Shown in pieces: positions 25,685 to 40,150 of a DNA stretch of 64,000 nucleotides (positions are counted from its first letter, which is position 1; each line of letters begins with the position of its first letter). The stretch is taken from NCBI RefSeq assembly GCF_006345805.1, contig NC_043005.1, forward strand, positions 37,262,001 to 37,326,000. Reading direction: 5' to 3'. Source of the DNA: Octopus sinensis (lineage: Eukaryota). Made by a program: the position numbers and the translations under genes. The notes below the pieces were generated by a model. The model worked only from the letters and a program-made list of their open reading frames with translations, was not told where the DNA came from and made no database searches.

Positions 25685-26229
25685 ACTTCAGATATAACTA
25701 CCTTGTGATGTTTATGCTTTTTCATAAGGATTAAGCAGTGTAAAAAAAAATACCTCTAACAAGAAATAAAAACTAGAACACTGATTACCTTATAAGGAAA
25801 ATTTTATATGAAGAACAACAAATGGGAAAACAATTGGGTTATGAAAGAAACTGTTATTGTAAGAAAGTATTGAGAAGAGCAAGTGGGGGCGAGAGTTAAA
25901 GGATGGCAGCGGCTGTATTCTGGACCCAACCCAAAACCCCTGTCCTAATTCTTTGTTCATAGCAACATCCCCCACCTCTCTGCTGCTGCCAGGTCTAGGT
26001 CATTGTAGAAATGATACTAGTGTGTGTCTATATAACAACTATATATAGAAAACTTTGCTACTAATATGATTCTATGACATCCTTTTGGCTTTGAGTTTAC
26101 CAAAAAAATAAAACAAAATAAATATATATATACATATATATAAAATATATGGAAAAGAAACAAAATCGAAGTAACAAATTTAATTTGGCACAGTAGCACC
26201 ACTATCATCCCCCATCATCGACCCAATAC

Positions 26230-27014
26230 GGTTGCCAACACTCACCTTGAAACCACTATAAACTCAAACTCTACCACTACCACCACAACTATTATTTCAA
26301 TTGCAAACAATATTGAGGCACACCACACTCCCTTTCCCCATTACTGACATGAGCCCACACCACCACCACCACCACCACCACCACAAGCATCACTTAAACT
26401 CACATTATCAGTAACACCATGCCTACCACAACTGAGACTGATAGCACCAAAACCATTACCATTACACCTCTGTTATGATAGCCTGAACCTCCCTGTCATT
26501 GCCATTCCAACCCCCAGCAACATGCCACTAGCTAAATGTCCACTAACATAGACTCCAACACCATCTCTCATATTACTGACAACTTTATTATGACCTCCCT
26601 GCCTTACTATCCCCACCAAAATTTACAAAATCCCTATTATTGCTATTATAACAATCTATCTTCACCAAAACTACTGCGCTGTCACCACCACTTACAACCA
26701 GTTACAGCAACACTTACATCTATCTCAGCTACTCTCCCCACCCAAGTACCACCATCAGGTACAATAATATATTTATCCTTGTAACATCCACTGCCATTAG
26801 CGTTGCCCACACCAAAACTACCACCACTTTCCTCTCACTTTCATCTCCTATATCAGTATCAACATCACTGCCACACCCACTACGACCCCAACCAAAACCA
26901 ATAAACCACCATCTCCTTTCCCATTACTTTATAAAGTTTCATCATCATCATCATTATCATCATCATTATCGAGTGAGAGAGCAGTGCATGCCATCATCAT
27001 CATCATCATCATCA

Positions 27015-27046
<32 letters not shown>

Positions 27047-27060
27047 GTTATTGTTATTTT
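26230..27060. repeat. ACC/CAC-rich low-complexity tract followed by (ATC)n/(ATT)n
   Basis: Degenerate trinucleotide composition with stops in all frames. The G/T-rich mirror composition occurs at about 48400-48740. Confidence 0.75.
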
Positions 27061-28349
27061 TTTTTTTGGTTCTTCATCATAATGTCTGATAGAATTTGGC
27101 AAGCTACCAGTCTGGTTGGTGAACTGTTTTCCCCCCTTTTTTCAGGAAATGCTGTCTATTATTTACTCTGCTACTTTATTCTGCTGATTATTACCGAAAT
27201 CTTAAACACTTGAGCTTTTTCATCTCTGTTGCTTTCAAATAATCGACTTTAATTGTAATCATAGATTTGTGTAGTACCGAAAATGTTCTCCTCTCTCTAC
27301 ACATATTTTGTTTACCAATACTTGTCTCTCTTACACTCTTACTATTCTATTGTGATCATCTCTTGTTATCAATCAGTTTGTCTGTTTGTTTCCCTCTCAG
27401 TAACCCTCCTTCCAAATGGCTTGGGCTGTTTGATCTTGTATTTCAGCAGTTCTCAAGTCAGGTTGTGTGTATCCCTAAAGGTACACTAGAGAAAATGCAG
27501 AGGTATGCAAGGTTTGGAAAAAACTCTGGACTTTCAAAGTAATCTCAACCAATAAAGCACCATTTGAGTGTGGCCGTTGCCAGTACCACCTAATTGGCCC
27601 TCGTGCCGGTGGCATGTAAAAGCAACTACTACACTCTCGCAGTTGGCATTAGGTAGGGCATCCAGCTGTAGAAACTCTGCCAGATCAGATTGGAGTCTGG
27701 TGCGGCCATCTGTTTCACCAGACCTCAGTCAAATCGTCCAACCCACGTTAGCATGGAAAGCAGATGTTAAATGATGATTTTGATGATGATGTGTATTTTT
27801 GATGATGATGTGTATTTGGCTGTTCTCATCTATTTATCATTGCAAACACAGATTTTGAACAATGTTTATAACCAAAACCAAATTTCAAGCAAGACTTCCA
27901 ACTGACAACATTGTTATTCTTCCTTGCTGAAACTGTGTCAAGACTTGAGTTATTTGTTTGAAAGATCCAGGCTAATTCATCCTTGTTAGGATTTTGTTAC
28001 CATATTTCAATTGAAACATACTGCTGTGTTTCAACAATTCTGAAAATAGTGAAGAATTTAGTAAAATAATTGTCATTATTAAATTAACATCTGGAACATA
28101 AATTAACATGGATTTTTTTTTAATGGAGCGTTTTAATTTAGAATCATTTTAAAACAATGTTTGTAACATAGAGCCAAGCAAAGTCTAGGTGGGTTGGTAT
28201 CGAAAAGATAAGCCTGTAACACCAAATCAAATAAAATTATATTTTTCATAGATTCAAAGTCAGATATTTTTGGAGAGGTAACAGGCAATTATATCAAATA
28301 CCAGTGTTTGACTGATACTTTATTTTATTAATCCCAGAAGGATGAAAGG

Positions 28350-28740
28350 CTTGCATGTATGGATGACCATAATTTGACTTAGTTTGACATGTCTTCTCAA
28401 GCACAGCAAATCGCCAGGAGTCTTTAGCCTGTGTCATCTCCTACTGTGAGGTTCAACGTCTGATGATCAGTTTTCACCACATTGTTCCACGTCCTCCTGG
28501 GTCTACTCCTTCCACAGATTCCCTCTACAAGTTGAGATTGGCACTTCTTTATGCAGCTGTTCTCATCTATATGCATTACATGACCATGCCAATGCAATCT
28601 TCTCGCGCATTATATCTGATGCCGTTTATATCCAATTTTTCTCTTAAATCTTTTTCTCATTTTGTCATACATGCACACTGATATTACCCATCCAGCAGGG
28701 CATACTGGCTTTATTTCTTTCAAGCCTTCATATATCCTCC
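28350..28740 (-). pseudogene. RTE-clade LINE 3' fragment (C-terminal to RT)
   Basis: Minus translation RRLHWHGHVMHIDENSCIKKCQSQLVEGICGRSRPRRTWNNVVKTD matches the RTE C-terminal pattern RRL.W.GHV.R.......G.R..GRP...W...V..D. Confidence 0.85.
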
Positions 28741-28856
28741 GTAATTACAGCCCATGCATGCACATGCACGCGCACACACACAAGTGAGTAAAGAAGCCGA
28801 AGTAGCACACAGCATATACAGTTTAAGTTGTATTTATTGGATAATGTATACACACA

Positions 28857-28995
28857 TGCATTTGACTGTAGCCATACTGGAGCACTAACCTTCATCGAAC
28901 AAACTGATCCCAGGACTTATTCTTTGTAAGCCCAGTACATATTCTATTGGTCTCTTTTGCTGAACTGCTAAGTTACAGGGACTGCACTCTCATAT

Positions 28996-29030
<35 letters not shown>

Positions 29031-29192
29031 AATACACACAACAGGCTTCTTTCAGTTTCTGTCTTCCAAATCCACTCACAAGGCTTTGGTCAGTACAAGG
29101 CTATAGTAGAAGACACTTGCTCAAGGTGCCATGTGGTGGGACTGAACCAGGAGACACGTGGTTGGTAAACAAGCTACTTACCACACACCCAC
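28857..29192 (-). mobile_element. SINE family A
   Basis: Colinear with 5890-6267, with an internal deletion next to the microsatellite. Confidence 0.85.
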
Positions 29193-30307
29193 TCCTACAC
29201 CTATGTTGTTCAATATATGTATATAATACACATATATATATATATATATATATACACATACACACATGCACACCCATCAACCCATGCCATCATGAAAAGC
29301 AGACGTTAAATGATGATGATGACATACACATGTGTGGGTGCACATGTTAGTTTACTTTTGCACCTTTGCTAAAGCTTGGGAGTGACAAACCGGTGGTGTT
29401 ATCATTCCTCCCCTCAACTAATTATCTTCTAAATTTGCACTTTAGAAAACGAGTGACATAAGTGAGCCCTTATTTGGAAACTAGTTAAGGAAGGACAGCT
29501 AGGTATGAAAAATCATTGCCTTGGTAATATATTCTTCTAACCTATGCTAGCATGAAGAAGAAAGACATGTAAAAATGAATGAGCGGATGAAAAAAAACAC
29601 AACACCGTAATCATGATATGGTTAATAATCTGGAAAATCATATCACATATCTCACAATTGCTACTTCCTGGTTCACTTCCTTGATCTTGTTAGTCTGTTT
29701 TCTGTTCGTGATTAAATATAGCGTCTCTAGAATCTGAAAAAAAATTTTACTGGAAGAGAAAATAAAATAATTAAAATATGTTCTTATTCTTAATTTGGAA
29801 TCATTGTGTGATTTTAATCCACTAAGAATGAATTTTCTACATGGTTTACCAATCCATTATTGAGGTAAATCAGATTGGTGCGGCAAAAATATAAACATGC
29901 AATTGTATTAGAAATTGTCTTGTGTCAGTCAGCAGCTTCCCTTCTTTAACTAGCTTTCTATAAACATTTGATGGAATTTTGTATCCACCTCATTAGACAG
30001 CCACTCTCTGTTATGTCCTGGAGCTGTAACATATTATTTCTGAGACAAATAGAGGAATTTCACATAAAAAAAAAAACCTAATTTAAGAAATTGAATCTGT
30101 ATGATGAATCTAGATGAATCTAGTTAAAATAATCTATGGTATATAAATATTTTAGGTGTACATGTGTGTCTGCATTTTTTGTTTGAAAATATACAAAATT
30201 TTGTGTATTTAAAAGTGGAATTTTGTGTGTGTTAATAAACATAATATAAACGTTATTTCAGTGTATTGTAGATATGAGTGTATATGTGTGTGTGTGTGTA
30301 TATATAT

Positions 30308-30686
30308 TTTTTACTTGTTTCAGTCATTTAATTGTTGCCACGTTGGAGCACCACCTTGTAGGAGTTTTAGTTGAAAATACTGACTCCAGGACTTATTTCC
30401 GAAGCCTAGTACTTATTCTGTTGGTCTCTTTTGCTGAACTGTTAAGTTATGGGGACATAAACACACCAACACCTGTTGTCAAGTGAGGAGACAATCAAAA
30501 ACACACACACACACACACATATGTATATATATGATGGGCTTCTTTCAGTTTCCATCTTCCAAACCCACTCATAGGGCTTTGGCCAGCCTGAGGTTATAGT
30601 AAAAGACACTTGCCCAAGGTACCACATAGTGAGACTGAACCCGGAACCATGTGGTTAAAAAGCAGGCTTCTTACCACACAACCATA
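30308..30686 (-). mobile_element. SINE family A
   Basis: Colinear with 5890-6267. Confidence 0.85.
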
Positions 30687-31762
30687 ACTGCATTTATATA
30701 TATGCATACACACTCACACATATAAGTCATGCATAGATACTTAGGTACATATATACATTACATTAGATACTTTACATAAATGTATTAGCCACAGGCATGA
30801 ATGTGTGGTTAACAGGTTTTCTTCCTAATATCATGGTTTTAAGTTCAATCACACTGAACATGCATCTTCTATTATAGCCCAGAGCCAACCAAAACCATAT
30901 GAGAGTATTTGGTGGAGGAAACTGAAAGAAGCTCATCATGTATCAGTGTATATATATATACACATATGTGTATGTGTGTGTTTAAGTGTACACCCACATA
31001 CATATATGTACTAGTGTTTTCTATTACAACTCTGGGCCTTGGTCATCTCAGGGCTGTAGTTGAAAACACTTGCCCAACACGCTACTGTATGACTGAACTT
31101 GAGACCATGTAGTTGGAAGCAAGCTGTCAGCCACACATTCATTCCTGTGCACTGACCATTAATCCAGCAGAAATTTTGATTGGTTTAAAATGATTAATAT
31201 CCTGAAATCTAAACAACAAGGCAGTCCTAAGAACATTAATGTGAAATTGCATGAAAAAATATGCATGTTGAAGTAATGAACTCCATTATGGTTCATGAAT
31301 ATTATAAATAATATTCAATAATATCCTATAGATGTGGTGGGGTAGTCCCATAAAATACATGTCATGTTGAAACATATGTAGTAATACATTAATAAAAATA
31401 TAAAAATCTCCATCCATGAAATATTTCTCATTATCATAATTATTATTATAAAATACACACACACACACATACACACACACATACTGATTATCTTTGGCCT
31501 TTTTGCTATGGGAAGTACATCATCACTTTCTCCAGTTTCTCAGCTTCTCACAGTAAATCATTTGTTGCAGTGAGACAATCTATTTTTGGTAAAACAGCAT
31601 TGGATTGCTACATCTTCAATACTTAATTTTTGTTAGTGTTTTAGTGCACAGTGCTAAATTCGGTGACAGAACTGAAGTTACTAAATGCTGCTACACCAAA
31701 AGTAGATTGCCTCAATGCAACTGATGACCTAACGGGAGAGATGCAATTCTTGAGTATGCATG

Positions 31763-31817
<55 letters not shown>

Positions 31818-31826
31818 ATATATATA

Positions 31827-31877
<51 letters not shown>

Positions 31878-33199
31878 ATATACACATACACACATATATT
31901 TAATGTTGACTATCAATAGTGTAGTAGAGATTACTAGAGAATTTCATTTGAGTCAAGGCAGTCTCTTGCTACTCTGGGTATCACCTCTGTCTGCACAGGG
32001 TCTTGAGGCAAGTAATAACTCTTGAAGAACAGGTAAGGATCAATGACATGAAAAGCATTTGTCTATAGAATCCTACCTCAAATCTCTCGCTCTACAGCCA
32101 ATGCTAGCATGGAAAAATGGGTATGGAAGGAATAAATGAATGGATATAGACATGTGTGTGCAGTTAGGTATATGAACATCTGAGAGCTGTATCTGAATAG
32201 TCATAAAGATATTTTAGCATGTGACTAGACATGGGTATATTAAATGACTGAATATGTATCTGTGTGTTAGTCATAATTATTCACAAATATTCTAGCTTGT
32301 TTCAATGCTGTTAATGTTTGCCAAATATATCCCCAACACTTAGAGCAAGGCCATTGGACCACTTTAACCTAAAACCATAAGGCAAGAAATTAATCTCAGT
32401 AAAACAATGCACTTTATAGCTAAACATATTCAGATACCATCATATCAGACTTAGTTGTGGTTAAGTGGACTACAGTGAGTAAAATTCTTTTGATCAAGGA
32501 AGCAGTTCAGTTAAGTATAATGCTGATTGCAAGATACAAATCATCAGCTCTTTCACCAGTAAACGGGTTAACAGCTCATCAGTCCCAGATTCATTTTGTA
32601 TATATCAGTATAATAACTTAGGTTTTTCATAAACCCTAGGACCCATAAAACCAGAGCTTAATCTGGCTTCCATAGTGTAAGTGGCTAAGATTTCAACACT
32701 GCCCACTGGATGAGATGCCAGTTCACCCAGATGTTGCAGGAACTCATTTATAGCGGAATTGGCTGGAGCAATGTGAAATGAAGTGTTTTACTCGAAAACA
32801 TGATGTACCACCCAGTCTGGGTATTGAAACTACAATCTTATGATATTGAGTGCAAGACCGTTACCATTTGGTTTAAATGTTTAAAAATATATTCATTCAC
32901 ATAACACTCATATCAAATTGCAATTTACAGTATAAATATAAATAACAAGAATTAACTAGAAATTTTAAAGGAGATTTTCATCATTTTATTTAATTAAGAA
33001 TAGTTAATTTTATTTAATTAAAACATAAAGCACAGAGGAAATAGCATTTTGGAAGGTTGATATTTTTTCAATAAAAATATTTCTAAAATTAAAGGAATTT
33101 TTTTGATTAAATAATTTTTTTAATTATTTAAAAAAATAGTCTTCTTATGTGGATAATTGTTTGTGTTTTTTAAATTTGGTTTAAAGAATTAAAACCTAT

Positions 33200-33731
33200 T
33201 TTTTTTGTTTGGTTTGTTTCTCATTTTGTTTTCCTCTTCTGTTTTAAATTCTCTTTTCTTTATTGCGTCTCTAACCTCTCTTGCATTCTCTCATTGCCTT
33301 TAGCCTCTCCATTTCTCTCACCTATCTCTTATTTCTCTCTCTATCTCTCTCCTTTCTCTTGTCTTCTCCACATTTCTATCTCAAATATTCTCTCTGTTGT
33401 TTACTCTCTAAGTAGTTGTATATCTCTATTCTGTTCATTTTCTGTTTTCTTTCTTTCTCCAATCCATAATCTTTTCCTTTCACCCTTTCTCTTAGCTTTT
33501 CTTTCTCCACCTTTCTAAGCCACCCACCCCAACCCACTACCATTCTTTCTTACCTTTTGTTTTATGTTTTTCCTTCATTTTATTTTAGTTTCATGATTTC
33601 TTTTTTTTTATAATTTTAATTTTTAAGTCTTCCTTTCCTTCTCTTTAGTCTTTCTTACTTCTATGAATTAGCCTTTTCTCTTTTGGATTATTTCATTTTC
33701 TCTCTTTCTGTCTGACATTTCCCTTCTCTTT

Positions 33732-33810
<79 letters not shown>

Positions 33811-33827
33811 TTGTGTGTGTGCATGTG

Positions 33828-33870
<43 letters not shown>
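33200..33870. repeat. Pyrimidine-rich tract grading into (CT)n and (TA)n
   Basis: Direct reading. Confidence 0.85.
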
Positions 33871-33874
<4 letters not shown>

Positions 33875-35027
33875 AAGCATTGAACTTTCTCTGTTCAATA
33901 ATTTATTCCTTCATATATTCCACACCATTATGCCATGGCACCAGCTAATTCTTCAATATTTTCTCCAAGTAATTTAAAGAAATCTTACATTAATTTTGTT
34001 CACCATTTAACCAAGGTAAATTTTTATAACTTCTACACACACAGGCATGCACACACACACACACACACACAGAGGCACACACACACACACTCAGGCACAT
34101 ACACATACACAGGCACACACACACATACACACATTCTATACTATATAAATCTGACATCAATTATTTTTGGCTAAAAATTTAGCTTTAGGCTGGAAATCAC
34201 AAAGTGAACACAACCTTTAAGACCCTAACATAGGTTAGAATACAACTGGAATGTAGATATAGCCAACAGCAAACACATATAAAAAGGTCATAGCACTTTC
34301 TTCGCAGGAAGACATTTACTGTTATACTTTCACTGCTTGGATTTAAAAGGCATTATTCTGAATGATTTATTCACAATGCTTTTGGCTGTTGGAAGCATTT
34401 GGTACATTCTTGATTTCTATTGAATTCTTCATTTTATTATAATCCATTTGTTGAATAAGTTCAAAAAGCAAGTCAGAAATGTCTGAAATGGCCAACATGA
34501 GTAACAATTAGTGACACAGGACATGTTGTAAAGCAGAGAGAACTGGCTGTTCATCAGTTTATGTTAAACCAGCATTTTAAATACGTGGGATGGAGGCCAA
34601 ACTTAAGTAATTGGGTTGTGTTTATTTCATGCCTTCTACTAATTACTGTGTGTTGTATGTATATGTGTGTGACATCATCATCATCATCATCATCATTATC
34701 TAATTTCTGTTTCTCACATGATGGAATGGATTGGATTGTTTAACAGGATCTGATAGGCCCATACTTTACTGTCTATTTGCCGTGGTTTCTGTCTTTGGCT
34801 GGATGTCATTCCTAATGCTAACCACTTAACACTAAATACTGAGTGCCTTTTTCCACGTCACCCAGCTCTAGTGAAGTTGCTAGAGGAATAAGTTAGGGAA
34901 ATAAGTAGGGAAAGGTACAGTTTGTAAGAAAAGGACTAGAACAGAACAGGTTTCTTGCAGTAGAGAAGTTACGTGACTACTCACATTTTAGTGGTGAGGT
35001 GGGGATGGAGCTGGAAAGTGTGTGTGC

Positions 35028-35063
<36 letters not shown>

Positions 35064-35074
35064 TTTCACCTTTT

Positions 35075-35458
35075 TCTCGTTTCAGTCATTAGACAGAGGC
35101 CATACTGGGGCACTGCATTTGAAGAATTTCTACTCAATTGTATCAACCCCAGTACTTATTTATTCAAACCCTGGTGCTTATTCTATTGGTCTCTTATTTT
35201 GAACCACTAAGTTGCAGAGACATAAACACACCAGCACCAGTTGTCAAGCATGGGGAGTGGGGGACAAACACAGACACAAAGACACACACAGACACATGCA
35301 CAAATATATATGACAGGCTTCTTTCAGTTTCCATCTCCTAAATCCACTCACAAGGCTTTGGTCAGCCTGAGGGTGTAGTAGAAACACTTACCCAAGTTAC
35401 CACACAGTGAGAACCCTGAACCAAGTGCTCGGGAAATAAACTTCTAACCACACATCCA
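35075..35458 (-). mobile_element. SINE family A
   Basis: Colinear with 5890-6267. Confidence 0.8.
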
Positions 35459-35805
35459 CATCTATCAATGGATCTTGCTCAAAATTTCCAAATATGATGT
35501 TTCAGCTCTTCAATCAACAGGACTATCAAGCCCATAGATTTACACACCATGTAAGTGGTCGAGTATTCCATATCCATGGTTACATTTAATGTCATTTTCA
35601 TATCGTAATAAATTGATAGTGTGATAGAACAGTACCTTAAAATTTCAGGTACAATCTCACCTGACAGGCTTCTATGCATTTCCCTTCATCGGCCCCATTT
35701 CATTTGTAGTGTTATAGAAAATAACATTTGGGCCACATAACACAGAAAAGGATTGAGCCAGAAACTTGTGATTGTGTAGTGAACTTTACAACCATTGAGC
35801 CAAAC

Positions 35806-35852
<47 letters not shown>

Positions 35853-36083
35853 TACTTTTTCCTTGTCTTGACATCATGTGATGGCTGTAAATGAGTTCAC
35901 TGTCATACATGTGATGTGTTGTCTCTTTACTATGAAAAACGTTTCTGAGTATGAGGAAACATTACCTTACTTGGTCACAGATGAAGCTGGTAACAGAAAG
36001 GACATCTGGCCATAAAAAATTTGCCTTAAGAAATTTCATCTGACTCATGCAGCCTAAGAAATGTAGACGTACATTAAAATAAT

Positions 36084-36150
<67 letters not shown>

Positions 36151-37405
36151 ATATACATATATGTGTGTGAGTGTGTGTGTGTGTGATTATATATACATAT
36201 GTCTCTGTGAGTACCATTACAAATACATCTGTGTGTCTGTATGTATTAATATATATTAGAGTTGATTTTTTTTATAAATTATGCTGGCAAGCATAGAAAT
36301 TGTTTTGTCCTCCAGGAGAACTTTTCAAACCATTGTTTTGAAAAGTTACTCCCTGAGTAATGAAATAATTTAAATAATTGACACTATAATTAAATAAAAA
36401 AGTTTTAAAAACAAATTACTTGCGATGCATTGCAATATTACAGTCTTTATTTTATTTAGCTAGTCAATTTTCTTCTAACACATAAGATAATTCATATATA
36501 TATACATATATATCATTTTACAAAGAGGAGAAAATGTTCAAATTTGTGTAATATAGTTTGGGAACATTTTTGTGGTGTTCATCATTTTCCACGCTAGCAT
36601 GGGTTAGATGGTTTTACTAGGACTGGTAAACTGGAGAGGTGTACCAGGGTCCTGCTGTCTGTTGTGGCTTGGTTGCTATGGTTAGATGCCCTTTTTTTAC
36701 ATCACCCACTTCACACAGTGTACTGGGTTTCTTTTATTTGTCACCAGTACAGGTACCTTTTATGAGTCACCAGCACTGGGATTAACCATGATTCACTTAT
36801 CCTGAAGTGTCTTCAATGCCAAAACTTCTTCCTCAGGTATTTTACAATAATAGGAAATACTTTGACCTAATGACACATTCCAACTTGTCAGAAGCCACTT
36901 AATTGCTGAATTTTCTATACCAAAGCTGTATCTATCATCATCATCATCATCGTCGTCGTCATCATCATTGCTTTCATTTTACTCTCCATGCTGTGTGCAT
37001 TGGAGAGGTGACCACGGTCAGTCAGCTCTTATTTAGTTGTTCTTGTTATGTAGATGATGTGAAGGTATGCACCATGCATGTGAATGTCAATTTTGGCTTC
37101 ATTTCTACAGCTGGATACTCTTCAAACACCATTAACATCCCAAAATGTATGGAGTGCTTGCATAGCACTATAAAAGTAGCTATGTCTTCATCACAACTAA
37201 AAGAACCTCATGACATCGTGTCTCCACTCATGCACCCAGCTCTTTAGAGAGTGGTTGAGGCATTAAAGATTATTTGAAATAACAATATAATGTATATATG
37301 CATATATGAATATGTATGTCTCTATGTGTGTATATACATGTGCAGATATACAGTCAGCCTTGATCAACAGAGGCCCTACAGAGACATTTCATGTTTTTAT
37401 CACCT

Positions 37406-37439
<34 letters not shown>

Positions 37440-37721
37440 TAAAATTGAATTAGCATCTGTATTCCAAGCTTGCATGGGTCGAACAGTTTGACAGAATCGT
37501 GTGATCTGTAGGGCTACAATGAGCTCCAGTGTCTGCTTTGCTATGATCTCTACAGCTGGATGCCTTTCCTAACACCAACCGATTTACAGAGTGTACTGGG
37601 TGCTTTTTCTGTGCCATTGGTACCAGTGAGGTTGCCAAGCGACTTGTAAAACAGGAAACAGTAAAAGAAAAGGAGATAATTAAAAATGGAAATATTTTGA
37701 GATCTAAGAAAGCACACTATG

Positions 37722-37928
37722 TATGAGGGGGTGTTTTCCTTTGGGTAAAGGAAAATACAGGAGGATCAGTTATGATTTTATTCAACATATTCCCCTCTCA
37801 GATTCACACACTTATTGCAGCAGTTCTTCAGTTTTTGTAAGCCCAGTTAAAGAACTCAGAAAGTTGGGCCTCTAACCAGGCCTTTCTTGATACCTTTAAA
37901 GCCAGGAACTTTTCAGCACCCCCTTGTA
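37722..37928 (-). mobile_element. Mariner-derived MITE, inverted sister of 22511-22722
   Basis: Reverse-complement match including ttattcaacatattcccctctcagattcacacactt and the gccaggaacttttcagcaccccc TIR; left TIR partly deleted. Confidence 0.8.
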
Positions 37929-39034
37929 TATGTTTATATGTTTGGGGTGGTGTTATAAATAACTACTTACTTTTGTCTTCAAAATAACTGTAAAAGTCAT
38001 ACACCATTTTTATTAATTATCATCACATATTATTATCCTTAAACTGATTTGGTTTGTTCTGTTATTCACTTTGATTACAATAAATATTTGCAGGTATGAA
38101 TTACCATGTTATCTTAACCATCTTAATATGAAACACTGTCATATCAGTGAGTCAATGAATTGCAGTATAAATTTAGTCATTGTTATAACTAGCCCCACCT
38201 CTTGCTAGCTCTCTCTCACTCTCACCTTCTCTCTCTTGCACTCTCTCTCTCACCTCACTCCCCCCTCTCTCTCTCTCTCATTCCTTCCCCCTCTCGTATT
38301 TACTGTACTTATGTTCTCACTTTGAAATTCATTTAGTAACATCACTTCTATGTTACTTTTTGCTTTTGGTTTTGTTTTATCTTCATGAAGAAGTCTGAGC
38401 TCACATAATCACATAATCTGCAGTCATGTTCCATAAATGAATTATAGATAAATAAACAAGGAAAGAATTTGATAAATTTATTAATTCTTTTCCGTAAAAA
38501 AATAAACAAAGTAATTCTTTATACTTTCCTAACAAATAGTCTCTCATTTTGAAACCTATTTCCAAATTGCCAAAATCTAAATTAATTTTTAAATTCATTC
38601 CGAGAGACTTTAGTAATATTGTTTTGTTTTAACAAGGTAAAATGTTAACCTTTAACTAGATAGAAATTTGACTTTTAACCAAAGACTTGTGATTGGATTA
38701 TGTAGACAAAAACTGAAAGAAGCACCTTATAGATATATTTGTAAATCTTCATCTTCATCATCATCACTTAACATCTACTTTTATAAGATTATATGGGTGA
38801 GATGGAATTTGTTATTGCAGATTTTTTCATGGCAAGGTACCCTTCCAACCACCAACTCTCACTGGTTTCCCACCCAGGTAGTATTTTTTACCCATGGTAG
38901 ACATGTTTCACACAGAAGATTGGAAATAAGCAACTTCACTTATATGATGGTGATGCTCATTTGCAACCCAATACACGATGTATAGAACAAGGGAAAATAC
39001 AAACATAGATATGCACATATGTACATACATATAG

Positions 39035-39232
39035 GGAGAATTCACATAAAAAACGAAGACAGGTGATGTAGACAACTAACAGATGTATTAGTTTAATGCT
39101 TGGGAAGTGAAAAAGTCTTTAATGTTTCGAGCCTACGCTCTTCCACAGAAAGGAACACAGAAAGAAACAAGGAGAGAAAATAAAGAATGTGTAGTGGCTA
39201 GCAATCTATCATGGCGAATGCCAGACAGAGGG
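39035..39232 (-). mobile_element. Small repeat carrying a hammerhead-like minimal motif (PLE-type terminal sequence)
   Basis: 39117-39152 minus: CUUU-CUGUGGA-A-GAGC-GUAG-GCUC-GAAA-CAUU-AAAG. Confidence 0.55.
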
Positions 39233-39702
39233 GTTGACAAGCTTCTTTTCAGTTTTTGACAACTGAATCCACTCACAAAGCTTTAGTGGTCTCAGGGCTA
39301 TAGTAAAAGACATGGTGCTGTGCAGTGGGACTGAACTCTATATCACATTGGTTGAGAAGCATGTTTCTAAACTATACACCCAGCCTGTGCATATTTACGT
39401 GTGTGCTTCTCTGAAAATGGCAAGCTTCAAGCTGTGTGGCTGTTGTCTTTTCTTCTGATAATCAAGTGTCTGCCGGCTTTGTGCTTTTGAAGTATGATAT
39501 CCTTTTCAGGAATATTAGGTAATGACTAGCAATAGGAAAGGATTAGCAACAAACTATGCTACAATGATGTATTTGTCTAACTCATGTTATCCTGAGAAAA
39601 AAAAAACAATGTAAAATGAATGAGTAAACTACATAAAATCCTAGGTTTTGTAGAAGAGATACAGAGACAACTGAATTTTCTCTAAAACTTAATATTTAGA
39701 AT

Positions 39703-40150
39703 TTGGTTTGTCATGAACCCAAAGACTTATAAGACTGGAGCTTAGTCAGGTTTTCATGGTGTATAAGTGATTGAAATTACAGCCCCCACCTGAATGGGAT
39801 GCCAGTCCATCACAGGGTTAACTTTCAACTATTGCTGGAACTCATGTACAGCTGAGTTATATTTGGTTTGTCATGAACCCAAGGACTTCTGAGACTGGAA
39901 CTTAGTTAGCTTTCCATGGTGTATAAGTGATTGAGATTACAACCCCCCCCCCACTTAACTGAATGGGATGCTGGTCTATCCCAGGGTTAACTTCCAACTA
40001 TTGCTGGAACTCATGGACAGCCGACCTGACTAGAGCAACATGAAAATGAAGTGTTTTGCTCAAGAACACAGAGCATCACTGACCTGGAAATCAAAACCTT
40101 AATCTTACAATCAGAAGTGCTGTACCCTAATCACTGGGCTAACATACCAT
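39703..40150 (-). mobile_element. Family D SINE with a tandem duplication of its ~160-bp distal part
   Basis: tttggtttgtcatgaaccca..ctattgctggaactcatg occurs at about 39703-39860 and 39862-40025. Confidence 0.85.
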
